NCBI GenBank assembly: GCA_036172245.1
Contig: JAYWIR010000025.1
Coordinates: 2,170,001 to 2,234,000, forward strand
Reading direction: 5' to 3'
Length of the DNA: 64,000 nucleotides
DNA from: Raillietiella orientalis
Lineage: Eukaryota
Below the pieces are notes generated by a model, which saw nothing but the letters and a program-made list of their open reading frames with translations, did not search any database and was not told where the DNA came from. Shown one piece after another: positions 62,901-64,000 of this stretch (position 1 is its first letter; the number at the start of each line of letters is the position of its first letter). The position numbers were made by a program, and so were the translations under genes.

Positions 62901-63530
62901 ACCATGCAGCAAGCGTTTAAGAGGTATTTTTTAGAAGAGGGTCTGGTGAGCCAGCGTTCTCTAAAGTAGGCAGGGCTCTCGAGATTCAGCTCTCTGATGC
63001 TCAAGCGAAAGCGGAAGGATCGACGGGAAGGTGGCGAGGATAAAGGAAGAAGACTCGACTGGCATCGGAAACCAATGGAATGCTCTCAGGAAGAACGAAA
63101 AGGGAAGGGGATACTCGACTGATGATGAAGATGATTCATAAGATCATGAACCGTTCCAGTCGGAGGCAGAGATAATACAGTCACTAAGCGACCCGAGCAC
63201 TTCTTGTTCCCGGAAGAAAAGATCAAGGCAATGGGATGCACTTTGTTTTTGCACTCCGACCTATAAATAGACTCTGAAGTGAAACTGATTCATGTTTGCA
63301 GGTGAGAAGGCTGACTGTCATGGCGGATTATGAAAATTCGGGAAAATCATGAAAACAAAGATGCAGTCCTCCTGATGATTCCTTGCGTTGGCGCGCAACC
63401 GAAGCGCAGCGTCCGCCGGATAGGTGCGTCGCGTCTCCGGAGGCATTTGTCATGCGCACGGCACCCCGGAGTTCTGTGGTATCTTGAAACGCGCGCAGGG
63501 GTGAAAGCTGACCTTTTCTTTTATTGATTT

Positions 63531-64000
63531 CACCCGGCCGCGCCAGGGCGTTTATTGTGAAAAAAAAGATATCTGGAAAAAGAGAGTCATGAAAAATATA
63601 AAAATGTCTTCCTTCGTAGTGGCTTCAAATAGCCACTGCGAAGGGAGATGCAGCCTCGAAGGCGTTGCTTCTCGTGAGCAGCTTTCCGACGAGGTACCCA
63701 CAGGAGGAGTGTGATAAGGAAGAGGGAGGAGGGGGAGGGTAGCAAGAAACACAAAAAAAAACACAAGAGTTCAGTTTAAAAAATGCTTGGGGGGAAGGGA
63801 CGGGATCACAGATTTCTTCCTGGCGTCCTCAGCATTCTCAGGAAGATGTTGGCAACTTCCCCCCCCCCTTTTTTTCGTTTGGTTGTTTATTTGAAAGAAA
63901 AAAAAACTTCCCCTTTTGCTGGCAGAGATGCGACCATCTTGTCGCCTTGCTCATGAAGGAGCAGACGATTAGGGATGACCTCACCGTTCGACTGGCCGCT
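63531..64000 (-). mobile_element. 3' end of another Tx1-like LINE (T-rich UTR, AATAAA, hairpin), runs off the window
   Basis: Minus strand: T-rich tracts, then AATAAA-CGCCCTGGCGCGGCCGGGTG; same terminus as 2280-2307 and 22193-22220. Confidence 0.45.

Noticed and set aside
63372..63412. Second hammerhead-like CTGATGA...GAA with a hairpin
   Set aside because: Stem II closing pair and the GAAA are wrong; no stem I.

Overview
Eukaryotic, probably invertebrate, genomic DNA. Prokaryote-style ORF calling is misleading here: almost none of the listed ORFs is a real gene. Most of the window is a graveyard of heavily decayed transposons, recognised by translating across frameshifts and stops. It holds about ten L1/Tx1-clade LINE relics, about five RLE-type (R2/NeSL clade) relics and three mariner relic loci. 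The best-preserved RLE relic is a Utopia-like element at ~28.0-31.0 kb, split by a piggyBac-type TTAA MITE. Two of the mariner loci are sister copies with identical lesions. AT-richer, TE-poor islands (~16-21, 23.4-25.8 and 31.3-37.9 kb) show exon/mini-intron (~50-67 nt) structure. One island may encode a 7TM-like protein and another an unrecognised helical protein. The most striking structure is a ~96% identical 219-bp-arm palindrome (48434-48888) apparently built from a retrotransposon RT fragment. TE relics also show a block-wise strand bias, and three LINE 3' ends share an AATAAA+hairpin terminus. I found no intact transposon ORF, rRNA, tRNA, snRNA or CRISPR array, and no new system is demonstrated; the findings are leads. 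Relic boundaries are approximate (+/-100-200 bp). Family assignments rest on remembered motifs, not database searches.
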